DNA from: Crocinitomicaceae bacterium
GTDB lineage: Bacteria > Bacteroidota > Bacteroidia > Flavobacteriales_D > Crocinitomicaceae
NCBI GenBank assembly: GCA_021325675.1
Contig: JAJTCM010000004.1
Span: 2,794-66,793, forward strand
Direction of reading: 5' to 3'
Length of the DNA stretch: 64,000 bases
Every line of letters starts with the position of its first letter. Position 1 is the stretch's first letter. Both the position numbers and the translations under genes were made by a program. Below the pieces are notes generated by a model, which searched no databases, had not been told where the DNA came from, and saw only the letters and a list, made by a program, of their open reading frames with translations. Positions 1-9,357 of this stretch are shown in pieces.

Positions 1-714
1 ATGATCGACCAGTTCATCACTGCCGGAGAGGACAAATGGTCCACGCAAAGCGGTCTGACAATGCTTCTTCCCCACGGTTACGAAGGCCAGGGCGCTGAGC
101 ATTCCAGCGGACGTATGGAACGTTTCCTGCAGCAATGTGCAGATTACAATATCCAGGTGGTTAACACTTCTACGCCGGCAAACCATTTCCATTTGCTGAG
201 ACGCCAGCTCAAGCGCGAATTCCGCAAGCCTTTGGTAGTTTTCTCGCCAAAAATGCTCCTGCGTTACCCGGCGGCGGTTTCCAGCCTGGATGAAATGGCA
301 AAAGGGAACTTCAAAGAAGTGATCGACGACCAGGTAGCTAAGCGCGATGCGATTGATACGGTGGTTTTCTGCTCCGGGAAGTTCTATTATGAAATGAAAG
401 AAAAAGCCGCCGAAATGGGGGTTGAAAATATGGCTTTTGTCCGCGTGGAACAATTGTATCCGCTTCCACAGAAACAAATAGAAGAGGTTATCGCGTCCTA
501 CAAAAATGCCAAAAACATCGTTTGGGCACAGGAGGAGCCTGCGAACATGGGAGCCTGGACGTATATTGCGATGAGCCTGCGCTACATTCCGTTTAAGGGA
601 GTGACGCGCCGTGCTTCAGCAGCAGCAGCCGAAGGGTCCAAAAAACTGCATGAAAAGCGTTTGAAACACCTCTTCGAAGATTTGTTCCAATACGCTAAAG
701 TTAAGGTAAACTAG
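1..714 (+). CDS. sucA: 2-oxoglutarate dehydrogenase E1, C-terminal part (truncated at the window edge)
   Basis: LLPHGYEGQGAEHSSGRMERFLQ and WAQEEPANMGAW motifs; directly upstream of sucB. Confidence 0.97.
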   Translation: MIDQFITAGEDKWSTQSGLTMLLPHGYEGQGAEHSSGRMERFLQQCADYNIQVVNTSTPANHFHLLRRQLKREFRKPLVVFSPKMLLRYPAAVSSLDEMAKGNFKEVIDDQVAKRDAIDTVVFCSGKFYYEMKEKAAEMGVENMAFVRVEQLYPLPQKQIEEVIASYKNAKNIVWAQEEPANMGAWTYIAMSLRYIPFKGVTRRASAAAAEGSKKLHEKRLKHLFEDLFQYAKVKVN

Positions 715-828
715 TTTTCTCCCTTTTGCTTGCGCTGAAGCTTCAGCAAAGGCGCGGAGGAAGATCAGAAGGGTAACTCAGCGAGAAAGCTCTGTTTGTA
801 AACATAAAACGAATTAAAATAAAACACC

Positions 829-2100
829 ATGTCATTATTAGAAATGAAAGTGCCAAGCCCGGGTGAATCGATTTCAGAAGTGGAGATCGCGAGCTGGCTG
901 GTATCCGATGGAGACTACGTAGAAAAAGACCAGGCGATTGCCGAAGTGGATTCTGACAAAGCAACGCTGGAGCTTCCGGCGGAAGAAAGCGGGATCATTA
1001 CCCTCAAGGCTGCCGAAGGCGATGTAGTGAAAGTAGGCCAGGTTGTTTGCCTGATCGATACTTCTGCGGCGAAACCTGCCGGGACGCCTGCTGCTAAAGC
1101 TGCTGAGCCGGTACAGGAAAAAGTGGCGGAAGAAGTGAAAGCAGCCCCGGTTGCTGAAAAGTCCGCTCCGAACCCGTCACCGGTAAATGAGAAAGCGTCT
1201 TACGCCAATGGAACGCCATCTGTAGCTGCGGCTAAAATCATTGCTGAAAATGACATCAATCCGGCGAAAGTAAAAGCGAGCGGAAAAGACGGACGCATCA
1301 CCAAACAGGATGTGCTTGCGGCGATGTCTGCAGGTATTTCTGCCGATGCTGTACAAGGTTGGGGTGGAACACGTGAGCAGACCCGCGAAAAAATGTCTAT
1401 GCTGCGCCGTAAGATCGCCGAGCGTTTGGTTTCCGTGAAAAACGAAACAGCGATGCTGACGACTTTCAACGAGGTAGATATGAAACCGATCATGGACCTG
1501 CGCGCGAAATACAAAGACAACTTTGCTAAGTTCCACGAGATTAATTTAGGCTTCATGTCTTTCTTTACCAAAGCGGTGACTGAGGCCCTGAACCTTTTCC
1601 CGGCGGTAAATGCACAAATTGACGGCAATGAGACGATTTTCCACAACTATGCGGATATCGGGATCGCTGTTTCCTCTCCGAAAGGACTGATGGTGCCTGT
1701 TGTCCGCAATGCTGAGCAAATGACGCTGGCTGAGATCGAAAAAGAAATCAAGCGTTTAGCTATCAAAGCACGCGATGGAAAAATCACACCGGACGACATG
1801 ACCGGCGGAACGTTTACAATCACTAACGGAGGTGTTTTCGGATCGATGTTATCTACGCCGATCATTAACCCGCCACAATCAGCTATCCTGGGAATGCACA
1901 ATATCGTTGAGCGCCCGGTAGCAATCAATGGCAAGGTGGAAATCCGCCCGATTATGTATGTAGCGCTTTCCTACGATCACCGGATCATTGACGGTAAGGA
2001 ATCCGTTGGATTTTTGGTAAAAGTGAAAGAAATGCTCGAAAACCCGGAAAGAATGATCTTCGGAGGAAAAGATCCGATCCAGGTGTTACTCGGATTATAA
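829..2100 (+). CDS. sucB: Dihydrolipoamide succinyltransferase E2
   Basis: Lipoyl domain ([10 protein letters not shown]), E3-binding domain ([12 protein letters not shown]), catalytic SYDHRIIDG. Confidence 0.97.
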   Translation: MSLLEMKVPSPGESISEVEIASWLVSDGDYVEKDQAIAEVDSDKATLELPAEESGIITLKAAEGDVVKVGQVVCLIDTSAAKPAGTPAAKAAEPVQEKVAEEVKAAPVAEKSAPNPSPVNEKASYANGTPSVAAAKIIAENDINPAKVKASGKDGRITKQDVLAAMSAGISADAVQGWGGTREQTREKMSMLRRKIAERLVSVKNETAMLTTFNEVDMKPIMDLRAKYKDNFAKFHEINLGFMSFFTKAVTEALNLFPAVNAQIDGNETIFHNYADIGIAVSSPKGLMVPVVRNAEQMTLAEIEKEIKRLAIKARDGKITPDDMTGGTFTITNGGVFGSMLSTPIINPPQSAILGMHNIVERPVAINGKVEIRPIMYVALSYDHRIIDGKESVGFLVKVKEMLENPERMIFGGKDPIQVLLGL

Positions 2101-2119
2101 AATTCTTCAATTCAGATAT

Positions 2120-2152
2120 AAAGCCGCACGTCAAAAGATGTGCGGCTTTTTT
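2120..2152 (+). terminator. Intrinsic terminator after sucB (possibly bidirectional)
   Basis: AAAGCCGCACGTC-AAAA-GATGTGCGGCTTT stem followed by a T tract. Confidence 0.85.
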
Positions 2153-2289
2153 ATAACTCATTATTCCAGATACCGTAGGTATCAAAATATGCGTGACACT
2201 AAACCCGAAAGAAAGAACTTGTTTTGGCGTGTGTTTTTGGTAAAAACCATGCCAAAACGCTTTTTATGAGCGATCTGCGTTTGCAGGAA

Positions 2290-2715
2290 TCATTCCTTCG
2301 GAAAATTAGTAGCCGGGGTGATGGATTTCATACCTTCCCGACAAGGACTGTTTTCCTCGTAACGGATCCATTTGGCGCCCTCAAGCAATTCTTTCGTTTC
2401 CGTGATAAACGCTTCCTGCTGCTTCGCCTTCAATTCATCAAGCTTAAAGCAGTAATCGATTTCGCCCTCCTTGCCCCAGCGTGTTCTCTGGATTGCAAGC
2501 TTCACCTTATTTTTCGTCTCGAATTGCGGTATAAACGCATCAAAGCGCTTGATTGCTTCGTGGTTCGTTCCCGATCCAATGCTGTGGAATGAAACAATAA
2601 AGCGCATATTTCCATCGGCCTGCTCAGACGCAACGGGCTGATCTCCCTGCATTTTTTTGGAGTTATGGCAAGCTGCCAGCGGGAGAATAAGAAGAATAAA
2701 TAAATACTTTTTCAT
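2290..2715 (-). CDS. Hypothetical lipoprotein
   Basis: MKKYLFILLILPLAAC lipobox; ATG at 2715 preferred over the TTG at 2724. Confidence 0.75.
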   Translation of the reverse strand: MKKYLFILLILPLAACHNSKKMQGDQPVASEQADGNMRFIVSFHSIGSGTNHEAIKRFDAFIPQFETKNKVKLAIQRTRWGKEGEIDYCFKLDELKAKQQEAFITETKELLEGAKWIRYEENSPCREGMKSITPATNFPKE

Positions 2716-2727
2716 GTTTTGCAAGGA

Positions 2728-3975
2728 TTAACGGGTAACAAACACTTTCCTGGTTACACTATTCATGCCATTTGTAAACGTCAGCAGGTAGCTTCCCACC
2801 GGTAAATTGCGGACATCAAGCTCAAACGGAAAATGCTGGATTTCACGGCTTGACATAATTTCTTCCCCGAGAATATTGCTGAGCATAACTTGAACATTAT
2901 TCTCCAGTGGCGAATCGATTTGGATCACATCGGACGCAGGGTTCGGGTAAATTTCAAAGCTGCCCGCAAAAAGCTCGTCCAGGCTGGCTGATTCGCAGGC
3001 TGTGGAAGTCAGGAGACCCGATCTTGCTGCGTTCAGGGCGGCACGCATTCGTTGCGTTTGACCCAAAGTAAACATCATCATGCAGCCATCGTCTACATAA
3101 TCCATGTAATTCATATACATTTCACCGGCCGGGCCTGAGCCACAGGAGCTGTTTTCATTAAATGGGAAATTAGGACAGCCGTAGTTTGCTTCAAAAGCCA
3201 CTTCTGTATCATTCACAAGGTCGTTTCCGCAGTCAGCATCACCCCAGATATGGTAAAGGTTGAGCCAGTGACCAACTTCATGTGTAGCCGTACGGCCCAG
3301 ATTGTTTGGAGAAACAGCCGATCCCATAGTGCCGAAAGCGCTGTAATTGATAACAACACCGTCATACTCCGGCCAGTCGTTCAGATCGGAAGGAAACGTG
3401 GCATAACCAAGCAGACCGGCTGCGTCCAGGTCGCACACCCACATATTGAGGTAGCGTATCGGGTCCCAGCCGTCATGTCCACCCATAGTAGTGAATTTCT
3501 CTTCACCATTTCCATCAAAGGAGGTCATGCTCGTGAAAGTACGTGTAATCCCTGTAGTTGCGTTTCCGTCCGGGTCAGTTGAAGCCAGGCAAAATTCAAT
3601 CTGCGCATCCGCCGTTACCGGCCAAAAAATATGGTCATCCATCAAAGAATCGCTGTTTAGCAGCCTGAAATCTTCATTTAAGCTCGCGATCTGTGAATTG
3701 ATTTGTGCTGTAGAAACGTTTTCCGTATTGTTATTATAAACAACGTGCACTACAACCGGGATGGTAATTACGTTCCGCGTTTTCTTTTCCGAACCCTCTG
3801 CGCTGATCATGTTCTGGATCGTATTTTCGAGCAGTTGCTTGCGGATAAGCGTGCCGGGATCCTGCATCACACGTTCTTCATATACACGCATGGTCGCACA
3901 TTTTTCAGCTTGCGCATTCAATTGGAAACAGGCTGTCAACGCCAGGATAAAAGAAACATGTAGCTTTAGTTTCAT
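2728..3975 (-). CDS. M43 (pappalysin/ulilysin-like) zinc metalloprotease with T9SS type A CTD
   Basis: Signal peptide, propeptide Cys (KCAT), HEVGHWLNLYH zinc motif, NYMDY Met-turn, IYPNPA CTD. Confidence 0.9.
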   Translation of the reverse strand: MKLKLHVSFILALTACFQLNAQAEKCATMRVYEERVMQDPGTLIRKQLLENTIQNMISAEGSEKKTRNVITIPVVVHVVYNNNTENVSTAQINSQIASLNEDFRLLNSDSLMDDHIFWPVTADAQIEFCLASTDPDGNATTGITRTFTSMTSFDGNGEEKFTTMGGHDGWDPIRYLNMWVCDLDAAGLLGYATFPSDLNDWPEYDGVVINYSAFGTMGSAVSPNNLGRTATHEVGHWLNLYHIWGDADCGNDLVNDTEVAFEANYGCPNFPFNENSSCGSGPAGEMYMNYMDYVDDGCMMMFTLGQTQRMRAALNAARSGLLTSTACESASLDELFAGSFEIYPNPASDVIQIDSPLENNVQVMLSNILGEEIMSSREIQHFPFELDVRNLPVGSYLLTFTNGMNSVTRKVFVTR

Positions 3976-4073
3976 AGTGTTTATTTAAAGTTTACCTACT
4001 CGCAGGCTTTTCGGATTCCGCCAGGTCAGTTAGAAAGTTGGTGGCAATAAATATACTAACTTTTTTTATTGCG

Positions 4074-4101
4074 TTATGAATGATGAATGTTAAGTGTTGA
4101 A
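4074..4101. repeat. Heptamer tandem repeat, TKWTGAA family
   Basis: TTATGAA TGATGAA TGTTAAG TGTTGAA. Confidence 0.65.
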
Positions 4102-4151
4102 TTTCGCGCCTTTGGAGTGATCGAGGCACGATATAACTTCTGGCTCAAAAA

Positions 4152-4961
4152 TTACTCACTTAAAAAAGTCACTTCCACCCGGCGGTTGACCTGCTCGGTG
4201 GCGGCATCGATCTCCTCGACCAGAGGTTTGGTATTGCCGTGTCCCTCCACGGAAATCCGTTTAGCATCGATTTTACGCTGGGTCAGGTAACGCATAACTT
4301 CCACCGCCCTGTTCCTTGAAAGGATATAATCATTGTGATCACAGCAAACGTGCCCGTCCAACTTAATCTTAAGCTGCGGGTTATCAGTCATGTATTGAAC
4401 GAGCAGGTCGAGGTCGTCCCGTGAATCATAGGTCAGGTTCGTTGTATTCACCTGGAACAGGATATTCAGCCGGACCGGCCTGTTGCGCTGGTCAAATTCG
4501 CGGATCCGTTTTTGTGCAGGAGTAAGCGTGTCGGCTTTGCTGAGGGAAATAGTTGTTTTATTTTCAACTGGGGCGCTGATTTTAGTGCTTTTGACAAACA
4601 GGATCACTTTTCGGTAATGCTGCAGCTTACTGCTTTGGGAAAGCTTTTCACCGAAGGGCAGCTCCCTGATTTGTTTGGGTGATGTACCGGTCAGCAAAGT
4701 TTTGACATAATTAATGCGTTTCTGAGAAAGCCTGATATTTGCATCACTGTTCCCGACAGAATCGGCAAAGCCTTTCAGCTCGAAGGTACATTGCGTGCAT
4801 TTTTCAAACTTACGGTAAAATTTGTTGAATGCAACAAGTGAATCTGCTTTAAGCTTTGCTTCCCCGGATTTGAAAAAAAACACGTATACGCTGTCCTTTT
4901 TGCTTTGTGAGAAAGCTATGTGAGAAAAAAGGATAAGAAGTACAAGTAAAATGTGTTTCAT
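4152..4961 (-). CDS. OmpA-family protein with two OmpA_C-like domains
   Basis: GFADSVGNSDANIRLSQKR in the first domain; GHVCC...LSRNRA...GHGNTKPL...NRRVEV in the second. Confidence 0.85.
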   Translation of the reverse strand: MKHILLVLLILFSHIAFSQSKKDSVYVFFFKSGEAKLKADSLVAFNKFYRKFEKCTQCTFELKGFADSVGNSDANIRLSQKRINYVKTLLTGTSPKQIRELPFGEKLSQSSKLQHYRKVILFVKSTKISAPVENKTTISLSKADTLTPAQKRIREFDQRNRPVRLNILFQVNTTNLTYDSRDDLDLLVQYMTDNPQLKIKLDGHVCCDHNDYILSRNRAVEVMRYLTQRKIDAKRISVEGHGNTKPLVEEIDAATEQVNRRVEVTFLSE

Positions 4962-4996
4962 CAGACTTATAACGGAATAGCACGCAAAAGATACAC

Positions 4997-7900
4997 TTAA
5001 TCCAGGATTAGTTTAAAAATTTCCGTTTTTCCATTTACATCAACCTCGATAAAGTACACTCCCTTGCTGAAGGAGGAAAGGTCTAATTTTGTTTCAATGC
5101 CCGAAAGTTTTTGTTTTTCAAGCAATTTTTGTCCCGATAAGTTACGTAGACGATAGGAGAACTCATTGGGGGAATCAAACAATAAAGTGACTTCCTCCTT
5201 CGCTGGGTTAGGGAACAAACGAATAATTTCCGAAGATGTTTCCAATTCCGTTAATGAAATAAACTGGCTGATAAAATAGGAAACCTGGTGCTGTGTTTCA
5301 TTGGTAATAATCGGATCATTGAAATCGAAATAAATATCTGCTTCATTACGCAGAACGGTCCCTTCAGGCAAATTGGGGTTTTGCTGAACAGTATAGGTCA
5401 GGAAACCGTGGCTTGCAGGCTCATTGGTTGTGCTGTCCGGTAAGAGGATATTCCAAAAAGTCCATTCCAATACCCGCGGGCCATACATTCTGAAGGTATA
5501 CGGGGTACTTGCTGCACCGGGCCTTAGGGTAAAAATATTGAAATTCTCGTCCAGCGTATCCCTCACAACAACGGTGAAAGCGGTGTCTGTTCCCGTGTTT
5601 TGAAAGCGGACGATGTAGTCAATCTGCTGATTGGCTGGAATGAGCTTGTTCTCCGTTACACCAAGCGGAAAGCCACGTTTGTCATTGGGATCATAGCTTC
5701 CGGTAACCGGGCCGCAATAAATTGCTTTGTAATCATCAGCATCATCTTCCGGGAAGATACTGATCAGCCCGGGAGTCCAGTTATCCGGTGTTTGTGAACC
5801 ACAAGCTTCAAGACTGGCACTTGGCAGGGAATTGCCCGGGTGCAGCGGATGCTGATTTGCTTCTACGCGCCAGGTCCTTCCGTCAGCGGCAAATACGTAA
5901 AATTTGCTTTCGTTTTGCAACAGCTTGACAGAGTCTTTTTCAACCAATACGCTGTCAAGGTATCTCCTGACAGGTGCAAAGCAATCCATAGCGCCCGTTC
6001 CTGTATTTTTGATCTCGAAGCGGATAGAATCGCCGTCACAGCTTGAAAAAACACTTAAGCTGGAATGGTCCCAGGCACTGGTGCAAGGCTGAACGTCCGC
6101 CGGAAAAGGGTTTGGGACGGTGTCCAGAGCACACGTGTAAATTGGTTTTAAAACGGATTCGACACACAGGGTTTGGCTGGGAAGCGCGTTGCAGCTCACT
6201 TGTACCTGGATGGTGAAATTGGTACATTCTCCCGGTAATAAAGCGCTATGCTGAAAACGATACTTGTTGTTTCCCAGGTTGATCGCCGGTATCGACGAGC
6301 TTTGGAAAATAAAGTTTTCATCCAGCTGTACTTCCGACCAGGGAGCGTTGGAGTATGCTGTAGCGTAATAACTGTTGCAGGCTTGTATATAGATGACCTG
6401 GTTTTCAAAGCATCGCCTGATAATAGGCATGACAACGGAAGATATCGGTAACATGCACGAATTGAGGGATTGTGCACCAAAATCCGGTGCCTGGATGAGG
6501 GAATCCGGGTTTACAACGGAAAATGAATGTGATGCAGAACAAAGTGACCCCAGGTTTAAATTCAGGGTATCAATTGTTGCCGTGTAATCTCCCAAAGGAA
6601 GCTGATCGACGTGCCATCTGCCGTGATAATTGCTTTCAGCTACAATGTTTCCGGGATTAATAACGATACGGGCGTGAGGTAATCCATGTTCTTCCGCATT
6701 GCGTATACAATTGGTGTCCATATCCCGGAAAACATTACCGTAAACGCCCCGTTCTTTCAACCTTAAAAAGAAAACATCCATCGATCCGTCGTTTGAAACC
6801 AGCTGAACCTGCTGCTGTCCCTGCAAATAAGCGTAAGTACCTTGGAGATGCCCAATGCCGAGAATACTGTTGTTGCTATAATGAATGCGTGTTAACTGCT
6901 CGAAAGTCAAGGTGTCCCCGCTGATTTCTTTTGCCCAGAAAAAGTCTCCGCTGGCTCCCAACTTCATAATGTATGCATCACCTAATGGTTCGCCGCTTAA
7001 CATAAAGCTTGAGCTGGAATCACTGTCAAAATCAGTCAGGCCGTAAAATGTGCTGCTTACGTAGATGTTATTTTGTGGATCGACTGTTAAGGATTTCCCC
7101 TCCTGGATTCCTGCCGGCCAGGCTTTTGCCCATCTAAACTCTACATTTGGGCTGTATTTGGAAACAAAGGCAGACCCCGAGAGATTGCACACTCCCGGAC
7201 CCGGGTCGAAATCGCTGGTTCCGACCGGAAAACCCGTCAGGATAATATCCCTGTTGTGGTCGATTTGCATGGCAGTAACACCACACATACCAACCCGGCT
7301 TGTGCTGAAGTGGTTACCGTCTGGGCCATATTTGATGATATAACCCCCGTCACCGTCATACCCTGCTACTAAAACAGTATCATTCTGAGTAGCCATAACA
7401 GTGTTTGGGCTCCAATATGTTGGGTAATCATGATCAGCGCTCCAAAGGTAATTCCCATTAACGTCCAGCTTAACAATGAAATAGCTCTGAGTAACAGGAT
7501 TGTCCGTTAAATGCTGGCCTGGCCCCGGGTCAAGGTCAATTCTCCTTCCGTAATTACCCGTCAGTAAAATTGAATTTTGTGAGTCGGTAGCAATACTTCT
7601 GGCATCCGATGGGTCTAACCCAAAGGTTAAAGGAAAGTTCCTGACAAAAATAAAGTTTCCTTCGTTATCCAGTTTTAATATGAAAAGGGACATGCCTGAA
7701 ATGAAAGAACTGTCGGGTCCCGGATCAAAATCAACATTGTATAAATGATAAAGCTGTCCTGTCAGAAGGATGTTGTCATCGGAATCAACCGTAATTGATG
7801 ATGACCTTTCCTGGTAAGCTCCGCCCACTCGTTTAGCCCAAACCAGGAGACCTGCAGCATTATGCTTGGTAATGAAAATATCTTCATTCCCCATGGAATA

Positions 7901-8107
7901 GAGCTCGTTTCCGTTAATTTGACCGTCAAAGTCAATGGTATCTTTGAAATATCCTGTGGAAAAAATGTTTCCTTCTGAATCTGTTGCAAGAGCCGTACCC
8001 CCATCAGTATTGGATCCGCCATGCAAAGAAAGGTCTGAAAGCGTGACCTGGCCGAAGTTAAATTGCGAAACAAAAAATAGGAGAGAAAATAAGAAAAACT
8101 TTTTCAT
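4997..8107 (-). CDS. Large T9SS-secreted surface protein: N-terminal SBBP-like beta-propeller repeats, Cys-rich Ig-like region, SYDPNDK/IRFQNTG-type domain, CTD
   Basis: Repeated xDSxxNIxxTG and DFDPGP motifs; GSYDPNDK, VRFQNTGT, ADIYFDFNDPIITN; LFPNPA CTD. ATG 8107 is supported by a TACATTTG promoter at 8128-8135 (minus strand). Confidence 0.85.
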   Translation of the reverse strand: MKKFFLFSLLFFVSQFNFGQVTLSDLSLHGGSNTDGGTALATDSEGNIFSTGYFKDTIDFDGQINGNELYSMGNEDIFITKHNAAGLLVWAKRVGGAYQERSSSITVDSDDNILLTGQLYHLYNVDFDPGPDSSFISGMSLFILKLDNEGNFIFVRNFPLTFGLDPSDARSIATDSQNSILLTGNYGRRIDLDPGPGQHLTDNPVTQSYFIVKLDVNGNYLWSADHDYPTYWSPNTVMATQNDTVLVAGYDGDGGYIIKYGPDGNHFSTSRVGMCGVTAMQIDHNRDIILTGFPVGTSDFDPGPGVCNLSGSAFVSKYSPNVEFRWAKAWPAGIQEGKSLTVDPQNNIYVSSTFYGLTDFDSDSSSSFMLSGEPLGDAYIMKLGASGDFFWAKEISGDTLTFEQLTRIHYSNNSILGIGHLQGTYAYLQGQQQVQLVSNDGSMDVFFLRLKERGVYGNVFRDMDTNCIRNAEEHGLPHARIVINPGNIVAESNYHGRWHVDQLPLGDYTATIDTLNLNLGSLCSASHSFSVVNPDSLIQAPDFGAQSLNSCMLPISSVVMPIIRRCFENQVIYIQACNSYYATAYSNAPWSEVQLDENFIFQSSSIPAINLGNNKYRFQHSALLPGECTNFTIQVQVSCNALPSQTLCVESVLKPIYTCALDTVPNPFPADVQPCTSAWDHSSLSVFSSCDGDSIRFEIKNTGTGAMDCFAPVRRYLDSVLVEKDSVKLLQNESKFYVFAADGRTWRVEANQHPLHPGNSLPSASLEACGSQTPDNWTPGLISIFPEDDADDYKAIYCGPVTGSYDPNDKRGFPLGVTENKLIPANQQIDYIVRFQNTGTDTAFTVVVRDTLDENFNIFTLRPGAASTPYTFRMYGPRVLEWTFWNILLPDSTTNEPASHGFLTYTVQQNPNLPEGTVLRNEADIYFDFNDPIITNETQHQVSYFISQFISLTELETSSEIIRLFPNPAKEEVTLLFDSPNEFSYRLRNLSGQKLLEKQKLSGIETKLDLSSFSKGVYFIEVDVNGKTEIFKLILD

Positions 8108-8158
8108 AATTGTGGTAAAAAGATACCCAAATGTAAATAAAAATTTAATCCGGTACAA

Positions 8159-9322
8159 TTATTTCTTCCCCAGCCAGCGCGGCAGAACGAGCGTACCGAT
8201 CACAAGGTAAGGGAAATACGAAATCAGGCGCCAGAGGATTGCCAGGGCTGTCAGCAGGAAAACAGAAGCGGAAAAATCGGCCATGAGCTCACCGAAAGCG
8301 TATTCCGCTACACCGCTGCCGCCTGGAGTTGGACTGATCCGCATGAAAAGCCACAGCACAAATTGTTTGCCCAGGATGAAGAAATGATCGTAAACACGAA
8401 GTGAAACGAAGCCGGCCAGGATGGCGTTGATGACTAAAAAACGCGAGGTCCAGGAGAAAATAGTGGCGAGAAAAGCTTTCGCCCAGAAACCCCAGGGTTC
8501 ATCCCGGAATTCCTTGGAGGTCAGTTCCACTTCCGTTCCTGTCCGGATCGCGCCGTCGCGCCATTTGTTAAGCACCGGCAAGCGGAAAAGCAAGCCCAGG
8601 AAACGCCGGATCAACTGCGGATAGAAGAAAATGCTGAGGAAAAGTAACAGGCAGATGCAAAAGAAAATGATGTAGGCCGTCCAGAAAACAAAGGCCACGC
8701 TTTTATCCAGTGTCGTTTCAGTAGGGAAAAGTACGGAAGGAGCCACGAAAAGAAACACGAGCGGGATCATCACGATGTAAAACAGGTTATCCATCATGGC
8801 GGTGACGATGACAATGGCTGTGGATTTCCCCAGGGGGATTTTTTCGCGGTTGAGGATGAACATCGCTACGGTTGCCCCGCTGGCTACGCCAGGCGCAAGC
8901 GCAGAAGCAAATTCCCAGAGCATGATGACATAAAAAGAGGATTTCCAGCTGAGCTCATTTTTCGTCAGAATTTTGATGCGCCACATATAAGCAAGATCGC
9001 GGCCAACCATAAACAAAACGGCGAGTAAAAGGCAGAAAAGGGCCTGCCAGCTCCAGGGGATTTCACCGATAAATTCTGTGGCGGTCTTGGGCCGAAACGT
9101 TCCGCCGGGATCCGGGGTAAATTCTTCGGGAAGAGTAAAATCGACGGTTTTGTTGTGGTTGATGTCCTTCCAGCGATGCGTTCCCGTGCCGTCTGAAACC
9201 TGGATAAAGTGCACCTCGTTCAGGCTGTTGTACAGCATAAAAGCGGCAAAACCCAGGCCCAGAATTAATGCGAGCCAGATTTTCCAGGCTTTAAAGGCAG
9301 AAGGAATGTTAGGTCCTGACAT
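8159..9322 (-). CDS. Lysylphosphatidylglycerol synthase TM / YbhN-like flippase-domain membrane protein
   Basis: Multiple TM segments, SPTPGGSGVAE motif, LWRLISY; ATG start at 9322. Confidence 0.85.
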   Translation of the reverse strand: MSGPNIPSAFKAWKIWLALILGLGFAAFMLYNSLNEVHFIQVSDGTGTHRWKDINHNKTVDFTLPEEFTPDPGGTFRPKTATEFIGEIPWSWQALFCLLLAVLFMVGRDLAYMWRIKILTKNELSWKSSFYVIMLWEFASALAPGVASGATVAMFILNREKIPLGKSTAIVIVTAMMDNLFYIVMIPLVFLFVAPSVLFPTETTLDKSVAFVFWTAYIIFFCICLLLFLSIFFYPQLIRRFLGLLFRLPVLNKWRDGAIRTGTEVELTSKEFRDEPWGFWAKAFLATIFSWTSRFLVINAILAGFVSLRVYDHFFILGKQFVLWLFMRISPTPGGSGVAEYAFGELMADFSASVFLLTALAILWRLISYFPYLVIGTLVLPRWLGKK

Positions 9323-9357
9323 CTTGATTTTTAGCCTAAAGATAAACAATTTTCGGA

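Noticed and set aside
3990..4050. ZTP-like riboswitch upstream of the M43 protease (minus strand TGACCTGGCGGAA)
   Set aside because: It lacks the downstream GCCTGGGC pseudoknot segment, and the gene context is unrelated to purine or folate metabolism.
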